From an uncultured Trueperaceae bacterium (lineage in GTDB: Bacteria > Deinococcota > Deinococci > Deinococcales > Trueperaceae): DNA of 64,000 bases. Shown here piece by piece: positions 21,850 through 31,873 of the stretch. The translations under genes and the position numbers were made by a program. Numbering within the stretch: position 1 is the first letter of the stretch; each line of letters opens with the position of its first letter. The stretch lies in contig CAWCXJ010000013.1 of assembly GCA_963799485.1 (NCBI GenBank), positions 288,001 through 352,000 of the forward strand, written 5' to 3'. The notes beneath the pieces are model-generated. The model was not told where the DNA came from. It saw nothing but the letters and a program-made list of their open reading frames with translations, and did not search any database.

Positions 21850-22137
21850 CCCTAACCGCCGGGCACGCCTCCCCTTCGTTGCAATTTTCACAGGAAGACT
21901 TTCACAGGAAGACATAGACCCCGCTGCGACACCTCGTGGGCAGCAGGGAGTCTCCGTAGGACAGGTCATCTGGCCGGGCTCGGCACAGGTCTTGCCGATC
22001 GGCACGCAAATGACACTTGGGGCAAGCTCTCGTGGAAATGCCACTGCAGTTGTGCGGCTCGCGGCGCGTTGACGCGCAAGGCAGGTTTTTACGAACTCGA
22101 GTCGAAAAACGTCTAGGGACAGGTGCCGAGCCGTGCG

Positions 22138-23535
22138 CTACAGGTCGCGGGCAAATCCCGTCAGCAGCGCCGCACTTACCTCGATGCCCTTGTAGTAGTT
22201 GACCAAGTCGAATTTCTCGTTCGGCGAGTGCGCCCGGTCGCTCTCCAAACCCAGCCCCACAAACACCACGTCCGCTCTCAAAACGTTTTGAAAGGTGCTG
22301 CCGACCGGAATCGTCCCACCGGTCCGGGCAAAGACCGTTTCTTTGCCGTAAACCCCGGCGAGCGCGCGGCCCGCCGCCTGCACCGCCTTCGACGTGAGCG
22401 GCGTCAGCACGCCGTCACCGCCGTGCAGGTCGATAACCTCTACGCTCAACCCTTCAGGGACGATAGACCGGAGGTAAGCCGTAAGTTTTTGCGCGATCTC
22501 TTGCGGGGTTTGATTCGGCACCAGCCGGCACGAAATCTTTGCTACTGCCCCAGACGCGATCACCGTTTTTGAACCCTCGCCCTGAAAGCCGCCACCGATG
22601 CCGTTGCAATCCAAAGTCGGGCGCGCCCAGAGGCGCTCGAGCACCGTGTAACCTGCCTCTCCCGGCAACGCGCCGACCCCTAGCGCTTCAGCCAAAGCTT
22701 GTTCGCTAAAAGGAGCCCGCTTGAACACTTCGCGCTCTTCGGGCGTAATGTCGATAACCGCGTCGTAGAATCCCGGTACCGCGACCCGGCCCGCGTCGTC
22801 GTGCAAAGCCGCAATCATCTTCGCAAGGCCGTTGATGGGGTTAGGGGCTGCGCCGCCGAACGCGCCCGAGTGCAAATCCATTACGGCACCCCGAACGTGA
22901 ACCTCGAGATACGCGAGCCCCTTGAGGCCGTAGGTGATCGTCGGGGTTTCAGGAGCAGCCATCGCACCGTCGGAGATTAACACCACGTCGCAAGAGAGCA
23001 AGTCGGCATGAGATTCGATAAAGGGCACGAGGTTCGGGCTGCCGATCTCTTCTTCGCCCTCGATTAAAAATTTGACGTTGAGGGGCAGCGTCCCGGTCTC
23101 GGAGAGAAGCGCCTCGACCCCTTTAAGGTGAGCGAATATCTGCCCTTTGTCGTCGGACGCGCCCCTGGCGTAGAGCACGCCGTCCCGCACCGTCGGTTCA
23201 AAGGGTGGCGTTGTCCACAGTGCTAACGGCTCGGGCGGTTGTACGTCGTAGTGACCGTAAATCAAGACGGTCGGGGCTGTACCGGAAACATGTCTTTCGG
23301 CGTAAACGACCGGGTGGCGGGCTGTAGCGTAAAGTTCGGCGGCAAAGCCTAGTGCGCTAAGCTGCTGCAACACAAAGTCGGCGGCGCGGCGCACATCGTC
23401 TTTATGCTGCGGCGCGGTGCTGACCGACGGAATCCGGAGAAAATCGCGGAGTTCGGCTAACAGCCGGTTGCTCGAGGCTTCGATGTAGGGTTGGTAATCA
23501 CCGGTTTTGTAGTTGCTGCTTTTGGCGTCGCTCAT
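22138..23535 (-). CDS. M20 family dipeptidase/amidohydrolase
   Basis: YGHYDVQP, ARGASDDKGQ, EGEEEIGS, DLHSG and HSPNEKF motifs. Confidence 0.92.
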   Translation of the reverse strand: MSDAKSSNYKTGDYQPYIEASSNRLLAELRDFLRIPSVSTAPQHKDDVRRAADFVLQQLSALGFAAELYATARHPVVYAERHVSGTAPTVLIYGHYDVQPPEPLALWTTPPFEPTVRDGVLYARGASDDKGQIFAHLKGVEALLSETGTLPLNVKFLIEGEEEIGSPNLVPFIESHADLLSCDVVLISDGAMAAPETPTITYGLKGLAYLEVHVRGAVMDLHSGAFGGAAPNPINGLAKMIAALHDDAGRVAVPGFYDAVIDITPEEREVFKRAPFSEQALAEALGVGALPGEAGYTVLERLWARPTLDCNGIGGGFQGEGSKTVIASGAVAKISCRLVPNQTPQEIAQKLTAYLRSIVPEGLSVEVIDLHGGDGVLTPLTSKAVQAAGRALAGVYGKETVFARTGGTIPVGSTFQNVLRADVVFVGLGLESDRAHSPNEKFDLVNYYKGIEVSAALLTGFARDL

Positions 23536-23561
23536 CCGCCGAGTATAACGCCGATTTCAAG

Positions 23562-23984
<423 letters not shown>

Positions 23985-23997
23985 CGTTTCCTCCCTG

Positions 23998-24951
23998 CTA
24001 ACTCAGCGCGTTCCGGACACGCCGCCAGAGACCACCCCAGAGGTCGGTTTGCAGCGTCAGGATGAGGTCGCCCTCGCCCAGACCGCCGCCCGGAACGCGC
24101 AGCGTGTCACCGGGGCTCGAGCCCGGCGGTACCGTTACAAGAACGCCCAGCGCGGTCGTCTCGAGGCCGCGCGCCGCCTCAAAAGGTAAGACCGTCAGAG
24201 GTGCCCGCAGCGTACCATCTGCCGAGAGCGTCGCGCCCGGTGGCAGCTGCACGCTGAGGTCGACGTAGGCGTCGCCGGGGGGGCGACCGGGACCACCCAA
24301 GCCTTTAAGCTTGAGGCGCAGATCGTTTTTACGCAGCGGCGGCACCGTGACTTCGACGCTGTTGCCGCCCCGCGAAATGCCCCGTCCGCCGCAAACCTCG
24401 CAGAACCCGGCGGCATTTTGCCCCGTACCGCCACAGGTCGCGCAGACGCTCGGCCCCGGTATGTGAACGCGCCGCTGCGCGCCCGCTCTCGCCTCGGCAA
24501 GGCTCAGCGAGAGCGCAACCTCGCGGTCTTCACCGGGCAGCAGGCCCGACGAACGCATCATTCCTGCCATCACCCCGAAAAGCGCGTCGAACATCGCATT
24601 GCCGGTGCGCGGCGCAGCCTGCTGCCGGCTCCAGTCGATCTTGATGTCCGCCTCTTGAAAAACGCTCTGCCAGTCGACGGTGCTGAAGTCGGGGCGACCG
24701 TACCCGACCGGGCCACTCGTACCGGAACCTGCCGTACCGTAACGGTCGAAGCGCGCCCGCAGTTCGGGATCGCGGAGCGTGGCGTAAGCTTCGGAAATCT
24801 CCTTAAACCGCTCCTCTGCCTCGCGGCTGCCGGCGTTGCGGTCGGGGTGATAGCGTAACGCCAGCTTGCGGTACGCCGCCTTGATCTCGGCGGCGTCAGC
24901 GGTGCGGGCCACACCTAGCGTCGTGTAAGGGTCGGTGAGCGTCCGTGTCAC
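23998..24951 (-). CDS. DnaJ-family protein with J domain, a single Zn-finger pair and a DnaJ_C-like region
   Basis: [14 protein letters not shown] and FKEISEAY motifs; CATCGGTG and CEVCGGRG repeats. Confidence 0.85.
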   Translation of the reverse strand: MTRTLTDPYTTLGVARTADAAEIKAAYRKLALRYHPDRNAGSREAEERFKEISEAYATLRDPELRARFDRYGTAGSGTSGPVGYGRPDFSTVDWQSVFQEADIKIDWSRQQAAPRTGNAMFDALFGVMAGMMRSSGLLPGEDREVALSLSLAEARAGAQRRVHIPGPSVCATCGGTGQNAAGFCEVCGGRGISRGGNSVEVTVPPLRKNDLRLKLKGLGGPGRPPGDAYVDLSVQLPPGATLSADGTLRAPLTVLPFEAARGLETTALGVLVTVPPGSSPGDTLRVPGGGLGEGDLILTLQTDLWGGLWRRVRNALS

Positions 24952-24969
24952 TTGTAGAAGTATATATTA

Positions 24970-24990
24970 CTTGAGTGTGAGAGAGTCAAA
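24970..24990. promoter_or_regulatory. HAIR (HspR-associated inverted repeat)
   Basis: CTTGAGT-N7-AGTCAAA versus consensus CTTGAGT-N7-ACTCAAG; directly upstream of dnaJ-hspR. Confidence 0.75.
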
Positions 24991-25174
24991 TTGTCCGACA
25001 TGATTTGTCGGACAAGAGTCTGCCGGGCGAGGGTTTGTCAGGTGGGGGTTCGTCAGGCAGTGCCCCGGAACCGTAGCGCAGCTGTTAGAAGCGCAGCTAC
25101 CCGGAACTCGAGCGTCCGAAACGCAACCCCAACCCGCGCCCCGGCTTGGTACTATGCTCGCTAAAGGAGACACT

Positions 25175-25528
25175 ATGAAACACAACAAAAAGTGGGCCTC
25201 TATCAGGCGCTCACTCGGACTCTCGCTTCTGCTCGTCGTGCTTTTGCTCGCAGGCTGCCGTAACGAAACGCAAAACCGCATTCGCCGCGACCTTCAGGAC
25301 TTTACCGGCAGGCGTATGTACATTACGGTCTACGCCCTTGACGGCACCCCTGTTCATCAGGGCCTGGTCGACGGTCAGGTCACGCGCTCCGTGTCGGAAG
25401 TAACCAACGGGGCCGCAACCGAAACCGCCGCCTACGTCTACTGGTTCGACCCGTCCGGGCAATACTTTCAAACCGACATGCAGTATCTGCTGTCGTCAAA
25501 ACCGCAACCCGGTCAAGAAGCGCCGTAG
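25175..25528 (+). CDS. Hypothetical lipoprotein
   Basis: AAGGAG RBS; LLAGC lipobox. Confidence 0.75.
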   Translation: MKHNKKWASIRRSLGLSLLLVVLLLAGCRNETQNRIRRDLQDFTGRRMYITVYALDGTPVHQGLVDGQVTRSVSEVTNGAATETAAYVYWFDPSGQYFQTDMQYLLSSKPQPGQEAP

Positions 25529-25680
25529 TGGTCTCTCCAGTGGGGTGTTCGGCGACGCAGCTGCTTTTCCGTTACCCCGCTCGCACTCGTGAAAGATTTC
25601 CTTTTTAGATGAAGCTTTCCGCTGCTTTTGTTGAGGTTTTTCCACGTTGGCCTTTAACAAAGGCTTGTTAGACTACCCGG

Positions 25681-26157
25681 ATGAAACCCTTTTTAGCTGT
25701 TCTCACTTTAGGGCTGACGCTGAGTTTTGCCCTCGGCGCTTGCACGTTCTATGTCAACCCGGAACCCGAAGCGTCCGTGCGGGTGCGTCCGCTGCCGGAA
25801 ATCCGCGCGTCGCAACCCGAAATCGTCGTTACCGAAGCGCCGGTCATTACCGACTTCGCCCCGACGCGGGGAGCCGGGTCGGTTTACGCGCTGGGTGAAG
25901 AGATTCGCTTTCAGGTGCGGAGTACAGGTGGGTATGCGACGCTTACGGTGACGGGGCCGGACGGCAGCACCTCGGTTCTGGCCCAAAGCGTTTATATTCA
26001 AGGCAGCACCGACGTCTATCTGCCGACGCCGGAGCAGCGCGTGACGTATACCCTTGCGCCACCTCGAGGTTTACAGCGGGCGACCCTGAGCTTGACGAGC
26101 GACGCTTCTGGTTCTTCTGTTGGGGACACCGCCGAAACCACCTTTTATATTCAGTAG
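25681..26157 (+). CDS. Hypothetical lipoprotein (DUF4384-like beta domain)
   Basis: LGAC lipobox; YALGEEIRFQV and GPDG motifs; TAGACT-N6-ATG. Confidence 0.7.
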   Translation: MKPFLAVLTLGLTLSFALGACTFYVNPEPEASVRVRPLPEIRASQPEIVVTEAPVITDFAPTRGAGSVYALGEEIRFQVRSTGGYATLTVTGPDGSTSVLAQSVYIQGSTDVYLPTPEQRVTYTLAPPRGLQRATLSLTSDASGSSVGDTAETTFYIQ

Positions 26158-26158
26158 C

Positions 26159-27211
26159 GTGCGGTTTTGGTTGTTAGTGCTGCTGACGTTGACGACGGGG
26201 CGCGCGGCCCCCTACGCGCCGCTCCCTGCCGACACCGGGCTCGAGGCCGCCCTGCTCACCCTTACCAATGAGGCGCGCGCTGAAAACGGGGTCGGGGTGC
26301 TCGCGCCCGACGAACGCCTCGCGCAGGCCGCACGTCACCACGCTGAGGAAATGGCGCGCCTCGGCTATTTTTCGCACACCTCACCCGTCGCCGCAAATGC
26401 GACCCTGAGCAGGCGCGTCGCCCGGAGCGGCTCTTTTATCGGGACGCTCGGCGAGAATCTGGCGCTGGTCGGGGACACCGATACGGCCCAAGTAACGACG
26501 ACGGGGTGGCTGGAGAGCCCCGGACACCGCGCGAATCTGCTCGACCCGCAGTTTACGCACGTCGGTTTCGGCAGCGCGCAACTTCCGGACGGACGCGTCG
26601 TCGTCGCGCAGGTTTTGGGGTATCAACCCGCACCCTTGAAGAGTGCGCAGGTCGTGTCGGTGCTGCGTGAAGTGCCGACGCTTACAGCCACCGTCTCACT
26701 CTCTTCGCCTGCTGAAATCGCCCTCTTTTACGCCGATAAAAGCAGCGTCCCGGAAACGTTGGGAGCCGGTACACAGACTTTGGAGGTACCGCTAGGCGAA
26801 CGCCCAACCCTGCCACTTGCCGTGCAACTCGGCCTCCGCAGCAGCGGCGCGGCCGGTGGGTTTGTCCTGCAAGACGACGGCTGGTTGAATCCGGACGGGT
26901 TTACGCGTTCGGGTGAGGTCTCAGGCGAGTACGCGCAGCTGCTCGGGGTGACGCTGCTAGAAAAACCGGAACGCGGCTTAGAGCTTCAGCTCTCATTCTC
27001 GCGAACACCGCCTCCCGGTCTCAGCGCGTGGCAAGGGAGCACCTTGCTGCCGCTTGAACTGACCGGCGAACGGGCGAGCGTCACCTTGACCGGGCTCGAT
27101 GCAGAACCCATCTACGTCGGCGAAGCCCAAGCAGATGGGCGCTACCACGCTGCGTTTGGCTTTAGGCCGAACTTTGAAGGGATTCCGTCGGTCGCTCCGC
27201 TGGGGGATTGA
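26159..27211 (+). CDS. CAP (SCP) domain secreted protein
   Basis: TNEAR, AARHHAEEMA..YFSH, GENLA and WLESPGHRANLL motifs. Confidence 0.85.
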   Translation: MRFWLLVLLTLTTGRAAPYAPLPADTGLEAALLTLTNEARAENGVGVLAPDERLAQAARHHAEEMARLGYFSHTSPVAANATLSRRVARSGSFIGTLGENLALVGDTDTAQVTTTGWLESPGHRANLLDPQFTHVGFGSAQLPDGRVVVAQVLGYQPAPLKSAQVVSVLREVPTLTATVSLSSPAEIALFYADKSSVPETLGAGTQTLEVPLGERPTLPLAVQLGLRSSGAAGGFVLQDDGWLNPDGFTRSGEVSGEYAQLLGVTLLEKPERGLELQLSFSRTPPPGLSAWQGSTLLPLELTGERASVTLTGLDAEPIYVGEAQADGRYHAAFGFRPNFEGIPSVAPLGD

Positions 27212-27319
27212 CACGCTAGTTCGACGCGCCATTTGACATCTCCGGTTTCACGAACGCGGTCTCAAGCTTTATACTTGATAGAGCACGGGCGACGAACGTG
27301 AGCCGGAGGAGTCAGGGTT

Positions 27320-28036
27320 ATGGCAGGTCACAGCAAATGGTCACAGATCAAACGCAAAAAGGCCGTAAACGATAAAAATCGCGGCAAGATTATCAGCAAG
27401 CATATTCGGGCGATTCAGGCAGCGGTGCGGGAGGGCGGCAGCGGCGACCCCACCGCCAACTTGCCGCTTAAAAATGCCCTTGGCGCGGCTAAGGGCGACG
27501 ATGTACCGCAAGACAACATCGACCGCGCCGTCGAACGCGCGCTCGGCGAGAGCGAGGGTAACGGTTACGACGAGGTAGCCTATGAAGGTTACGGGCCTGC
27601 AGGCGTCGCGCTGCTCGTCGAAGCGCTGACCGACAACCGCAACCGCACTGTTGCCGAAGTCCGGCACGTCTTTAGCAAGCATGGCGGCAACATGTCGGGC
27701 TCGACCGCGTGGCAGTTTGAAAGCAGGGGCGTGATCGTCGTCGGCGACACCTCTGACAAGGTGCAAGAACTCGCCATCGAACTCGGTGCGGACGACCTCG
27801 AGGCCGACGAACAGCTGACTATCTATACCGGGCCGAGCGAACTGTATACGGTACTGGAGGGCTTGCAAAAGCGGGGGCTCGAGGCCGAGGTCGCGCAGCT
27901 CACCAAAGTCGCGCAAACCGAAACCGAACTGAGCTCCGGCGAAGCCGACAAACTCGTGCGGATGATCGAGGCGCTCGAAGACTTAGACGACGTACAAAAC
28001 GTCTATACCACCGCCAACTTGCAGGGGGCAGCTTAA
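27320..28036 (+). CDS. YebC/PmpR family protein
   Basis: MAGHSKW, YEGYGPAG, LTDNRNRT and LEDLDDVQNVY motifs. Confidence 0.95.
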   Translation: MAGHSKWSQIKRKKAVNDKNRGKIISKHIRAIQAAVREGGSGDPTANLPLKNALGAAKGDDVPQDNIDRAVERALGESEGNGYDEVAYEGYGPAGVALLVEALTDNRNRTVAEVRHVFSKHGGNMSGSTAWQFESRGVIVVGDTSDKVQELAIELGADDLEADEQLTIYTGPSELYTVLEGLQKRGLEAEVAQLTKVAQTETELSSGEADKLVRMIEALEDLDDVQNVYTTANLQGAA

Positions 28037-28038
28037 AG

Positions 28039-28746
28039 ATGGTCGCCGCTATTCCGACCCTCACCTGGCAAGACGTCCCTAAAATGAGCTGTGCGCAGCT
28101 CCGGCAGCTGACTGTCCTCGCCACCGGACGTTACGGCTTCCGGATGCTCGACCTGATGGACACGGCAGGCGCGAGCCTCGGCGCGTTAGCCGCTCACCTC
28201 GTTCCCGAGGGGCCGGTTTTGGTTGTTGTCGGGCGGGGTCATAACGGCGGTGCGGGCATCTCGGCGGCGTGCTACTTAGCCGAGCAAGGTCGCCGCGTCT
28301 GGGTCGTCCCGACCCACGAAGCGGAAAACTATTCGGGCGTCCCCAAAGAGCAGTTGGAACGGCTCGCCGCCCACGGCAACGTGCGGGTCAAAAGCGGTCT
28401 GCCCAAGATGAAATTTGCTTGTGTGGTCGACGCGGCGGTAGGTACGGGGCTCGAGGGGCCGCCAAGGGGCCGGACGCTCGACGTGATTACCGTCTTGAAC
28501 AACCTCGGTGCGACGGTTTTATCGCTCGACGTACCGACCGGCATGAACGCCGACGACGGCAGCGTTCCCGGCGACGTGGTGCAGGCGACCGCTACGCTCG
28601 CCCTGGCACTGCCCAAACCGGGAACCGCACCGGGTGGCCCCGTCGGTGAGCTTTACGTGACCGGGCTCGGTTTCCCCGATACACTTTATCTGGATGTAGG
28701 ACTCGAGCCTTTTACCGCACCCGCGCCGTGGGGCCGCATCGTTTAG
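28039..28746 (+). CDS. nnrE: Stand-alone YjeF_N / NAD(P)H-hydrate epimerase-like protein
   Basis: LMDTAG, GRGHNGG, VVDAAVGTG, SLDVPTG, ATATL and PKPG motifs. Confidence 0.75.
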   Translation: MVAAIPTLTWQDVPKMSCAQLRQLTVLATGRYGFRMLDLMDTAGASLGALAAHLVPEGPVLVVVGRGHNGGAGISAACYLAEQGRRVWVVPTHEAENYSGVPKEQLERLAAHGNVRVKSGLPKMKFACVVDAAVGTGLEGPPRGRTLDVITVLNNLGATVLSLDVPTGMNADDGSVPGDVVQATATLALALPKPGTAPGGPVGELYVTGLGFPDTLYLDVGLEPFTAPAPWGRIV

Positions 28747-28880
28747 CCTTCTTACGAGAGGGTGACGTCAACAGCACCGCGAAATGTATGTGCTTTCGGG
28801 CAACGCTCGCGCCGGACTCGTACTGGCGCGGCGCGCCGGCTGATGACTGCCCTACAAGGCTGCGAACACGCCCGGTAGAC

Positions 28881-28910
28881 AAAACGCGCTGGACGTAAAC
28901 ATCCAGCGCG
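28881..28910 (-). terminator. Intrinsic terminator of the alpha/beta hydrolase gene
   Basis: 9 bp stem CGCGCTGGA/TCCAGCGCG followed by TTTT on the minus strand. Confidence 0.6.
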
Positions 28911-28933
28911 AGGCTCATCCGTTTTAGCAGGGC

Positions 28934-29848
28934 TTAGGGCAGGTTCGCGGCCCACTCGAGAATCGCCGCGTTGGCTTCTTCTGGAGCCTCGATAATTGCC
29001 GCGTGTGCCCCACCCGGCGGCAAAACCAGTGCCGAGTTCAAGATAGCTTCATTCATCGACTGAGCGATCTCATACGGATAGAGCGTGTCTTCGACACCGG
29101 TCAAGATCAGTGTGGGCACCGTGATTTCCGCAAGCGTAGCGGTCGAGTCGGGCCGCGTCTCGAGCGCTTTAGCTCCCGCAACCGCCGCGGCTTGCGACGC
29201 CTCTTTCATCAGATCACCGAGGTACGTGACCAGCTCAGGGTTACTCATACGGGTAGCGGCAGTCAACATGTCGGGTATTAAAAAATCGACGAGCGACGCC
29301 ACCCCCGTCGTTTCGGCCTGCTTCGCTACCCCTTGCCACAGGCCCGCTTCGGCCGGACTTGCAGCAGCGGCGATAGTATCGATCAGCACCATGCCGCGAA
29401 AGCGCTCCGGCGCTTCACGGTACATCTCGAACACAATCGGCCCACCCATCGACATACCGCCGATAAGCGCCCGGTCAACCCCTATCTCGTCCATAACCGC
29501 AAACACGTCTGCCGCGTAAATGGCTACCGACCCTTCGCGGTTTGGCGTTTCGCTCCGACCGTAACCACGCAAGTCGAGCGTAATGACCTGATACTGCTCG
29601 GAAAGTGGCCCGACGTTTTCGCGGAACAGGCCGCCGTTTAGCGGGTAGCCGTGAACCAAAACCAGCGGCTCACCTTCACCCTGAACTTCGTAGTAGATGC
29701 GCGCCCCGTCTGCTGTCGTCACAAAGCTGCCTACAGCCGCCGCGCCACCACTCATCATGCCACCGCTCGCCATACCGCCACTCACCGTCTGCGCCGCAAC
29801 GACGTTGAGAAGTAAAGCTGCGGCAAGACCAATCACCAATTTGAGCAT
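28934..29848 (-). CDS. Secreted alpha/beta-fold hydrolase
   Basis: Signal peptide; LVHGYP, DLRGYGRS, GMSMGG nucleophile elbow, GVED and H motifs. Confidence 0.88.
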   Translation of the reverse strand: MLKLVIGLAAALLLNVVAAQTVSGGMASGGMMSGGAAAVGSFVTTADGARIYYEVQGEGEPLVLVHGYPLNGGLFRENVGPLSEQYQVITLDLRGYGRSETPNREGSVAIYAADVFAVMDEIGVDRALIGGMSMGGPIVFEMYREAPERFRGMVLIDTIAAAASPAEAGLWQGVAKQAETTGVASLVDFLIPDMLTAATRMSNPELVTYLGDLMKEASQAAAVAGAKALETRPDSTATLAEITVPTLILTGVEDTLYPYEIAQSMNEAILNSALVLPPGGAHAAIIEAPEEANAAILEWAANLP

Positions 29849-29992
29849 TGTTGCCCCCTTGTAAACTTTCCCCCGACGTTCTCGAGTATGACAGGTCTAG
29901 GACGACCTGCACTGAAGGGTGAGGTACATTCAAGCGGCTTAGTAGATATGTCGACGGGGCGTTGGCTCAAGCTACCGAAGCCGAGAAACCCG

Positions 29993-30310
29993 TTACTCGA
30001 GCCGCCGCACCTCAGAGACTTGCAGCTCCCCATTACGCAGCATGCCCTGAACATAAACGGTGTCGCCTGCCTGAAGCGCCGTAAGCGGCAACGTCTCGCC
30101 TGTACCGGTACGCACCCCGTCTTCGGGTACTACAAGGCTCAGCAGGGGGGTTCCGGGGGTCCGCTCGAGGTGGAGCGTCGAAACTTCAGGCGACACGCCG
30201 ACGACGACGCCGCGAAACGCCGTCGATTGTTGAGCGAGCGGCGCGGGGCAGCACGCGGCGAGCAGCACAGATAGTAACAGTAGTACAACCGAAAAAGGCC
30301 AAACCTTCAT
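29993..30310 (-). CDS. Hypothetical lipoprotein
   Basis: LAAC lipobox; LQAGDTVYVQG OB-like segment; TAAGCT-N6-ATG. Confidence 0.7.
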   Translation of the reverse strand: MKVWPFSVVLLLLSVLLAACCPAPLAQQSTAFRGVVVGVSPEVSTLHLERTPGTPLLSLVVPEDGVRTGTGETLPLTALQAGDTVYVQGMLRNGELQVSEVRRLE

Positions 30311-30353
30311 AGCGAAAGCTTAGCCTTTATTTGCCTAGGCAACGTGAGCGTCG

Positions 30354-30620
30354 TTACGCCGCTAGTAACCGTCGTATTCGCATACCGAGCGTTGCCAGAT
30401 ACGTTTGGAGATGTTTTGCAAAATCTTGGTCTGCTGCGTCGTCGAAATCGTATTGGTTTCCTTTACGCTCTGCGACAAGGCGATAAGTTGTTTGAGCGTC
30501 AGGTCGCGGTTTAGAAGGTGGTCGACTTGCTGAGCGGTCATCGCTAACCTCCTCGGTCAAGCATGGAGCTGAGTCCCGACAAAACACCGTTTGCGGCCAA
30601 AACGGATGGCTTGCTTTCAC
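30354..30620 (-). CDS. Possible small hypothetical protein
   Basis: 88 aa ORF in AT-richer DNA; no recognised motif. Confidence 0.3.
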   Translation of the reverse strand: MKASHPFWPQTVFCRDSAPCLTEEVSDDRSASRPPSKPRPDAQTTYRLVAERKGNQYDFDDAADQDFAKHLQTYLATLGMRIRRLLAA

Positions 30621-30881
30621 GCTTAGTTTACGACAAATAACAGTTTACGCTTTTTGTATACTTAAGAAGCAAGTACAACAACGTAAGAAAAGTCACACGT
30701 GATTTGGAGCCGGAACTGAGCAAGTAGTCGCGTTTCAAATACCTGCGCCAAGACATAAAAAAGTGAGATTCAAACCAAACATCGGGGTATTCTTAAGCCC
30801 GTCTTGCAGCTACTCGAGCCCTCAAGCACCCAGTCGGAGCAAGCAAGCAACCGAGAGTTCAATATACCCTGCTACGGTGCG

Positions 30882-31211
30882 CTAAAGCTTGGCAAACTCT
30901 TCAACGTCGAGAATGAAAACCGTCGCGCCGCCGACGGTAACCTCGATGGGTTCGTTCGGCATGACCGGGCCCATCTCGCTCATGTGCGGCAAGGGCCTGA
31001 GCATTTTGCTTCGTTCGCGGCAAACGTCGTGGATGACCGCCTTGACGCGCGTGACTTCGTGGTCTTCGACACCGACGATAAAGGTGGTGTTGCCTTCGCG
31101 CAAAAAGCCGCCGCTCGAGGCGAGTTTGGTCGAGCGTAAGCCCCGTTCGCTCAGGGCGTTTTGCAACTTCCCGGCGTCGGCATCCTGAACGATGGTCACG
31201 ATAAGCTTCAC
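30882..31211 (-). CDS. darA: Cyclic-di-AMP receptor, PII-like (DarA/PstA)
   Basis: MKLIVTIVQDADA, TKLASSGGFLREGNTT and VGGATVF motifs. Confidence 0.9.
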   Translation of the reverse strand: MKLIVTIVQDADAGKLQNALSERGLRSTKLASSGGFLREGNTTFIVGVEDHEVTRVKAVIHDVCRERSKMLRPLPHMSEMGPVMPNEPIEVTVGGATVFILDVEEFAKL

Positions 31212-31303
31212 GAACCTAGTCTAGCACGGCTGCCGCTGTTGTAAAACGGTTTTTCTACAAAAGAGATGGTTGGGACTGAAGTATCCCGGAGTACGAAGCA
31301 GGA

Positions 31304-31873
31304 CTAAACAACACACCGACTAAAGTCGGAGGGTTTGAGACGACGCCTGAAAGTCGGGATACGGGTCGTAGACCCGTTAGTCCTCCGTCTTGAAGTTGTC
31401 GTCCCGAGTCGGTTCCAAGTGGTGTTCCAAGTAGCTCTTGATCATCTCCTCCGTTTCCTGCCCGACGGTCGCATAAAAGTATCCCCTCGCCCGGAAGTGT
31501 CTGCCCCAATATCGCCCTTTCAGCTTTGGAAACTCCTCGAACAGCTTGCTCGCACTTCGTCCCTCGATTCGCCGCATGATCTCGCTTGGGGCCAGCGTCG
31601 GCGGAGCGCTTACCAAGATGTGTACATGCTCGCTACTGACTACCCCACTCAGTATCCGTATCTCGAACGCCTCGCAGGTTTGCCGTACCAGTTCTCGCAC
31701 TCGCTCGGCAGCGTCACCCTTGAGTACCTTGTAGCGGTACTTCGTCACCCAGACAAAATGGTACTCGATGTTGAAAACCGTGTGACTCCCACAGCGATAC
31801 TCCACCCCCTAAGGCTGGCAGATGAAATCTGACCGCCTAAAGGCGGTGGCTTGAACCTTACGCTTGGAATAGT
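31304..31873 (-). mobile_element. IS200/IS605-family element, tnpA-only (ends approximate)
   Basis: Y1 transposase flanked by subterminal hairpins ACCGCCTAAAGGCGGT (31832-47) and CCGACTAAAGTCGG (31316-29). Confidence 0.8.
31377..31805 (-). CDS. tnpA: IS200-type HUH (Y1) transposase
   Basis: YHFVWVTKYR, HVH (HUH), RGYF and the catalytic Tyr in IKSYL. Confidence 0.92.
   Translation of the reverse strand: MEYRCGSHTVFNIEYHFVWVTKYRYKVLKGDAAERVRELVRQTCEAFEIRILSGVVSSEHVHILVSAPPTLAPSEIMRRIEGRSASKLFEEFPKLKGRYWGRHFRARGYFYATVGQETEEMIKSYLEHHLEPTRDDNFKTED

Noticed and set aside
21880..22044. Cys-rich knottin-like peptide on the minus strand (CVPIGKTCAEPGQMTCPTETPCC)
   Set aside because: No RBS or signal peptide, the ORF runs antisense into rlmB, and there are no RiPP enzymes nearby; chance cannot be excluded
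28747..28933. Several hairpins between convergent genes, considered as an ncRNA or riboswitch
   Set aside because: No known motif matched; adequately explained as terminator region
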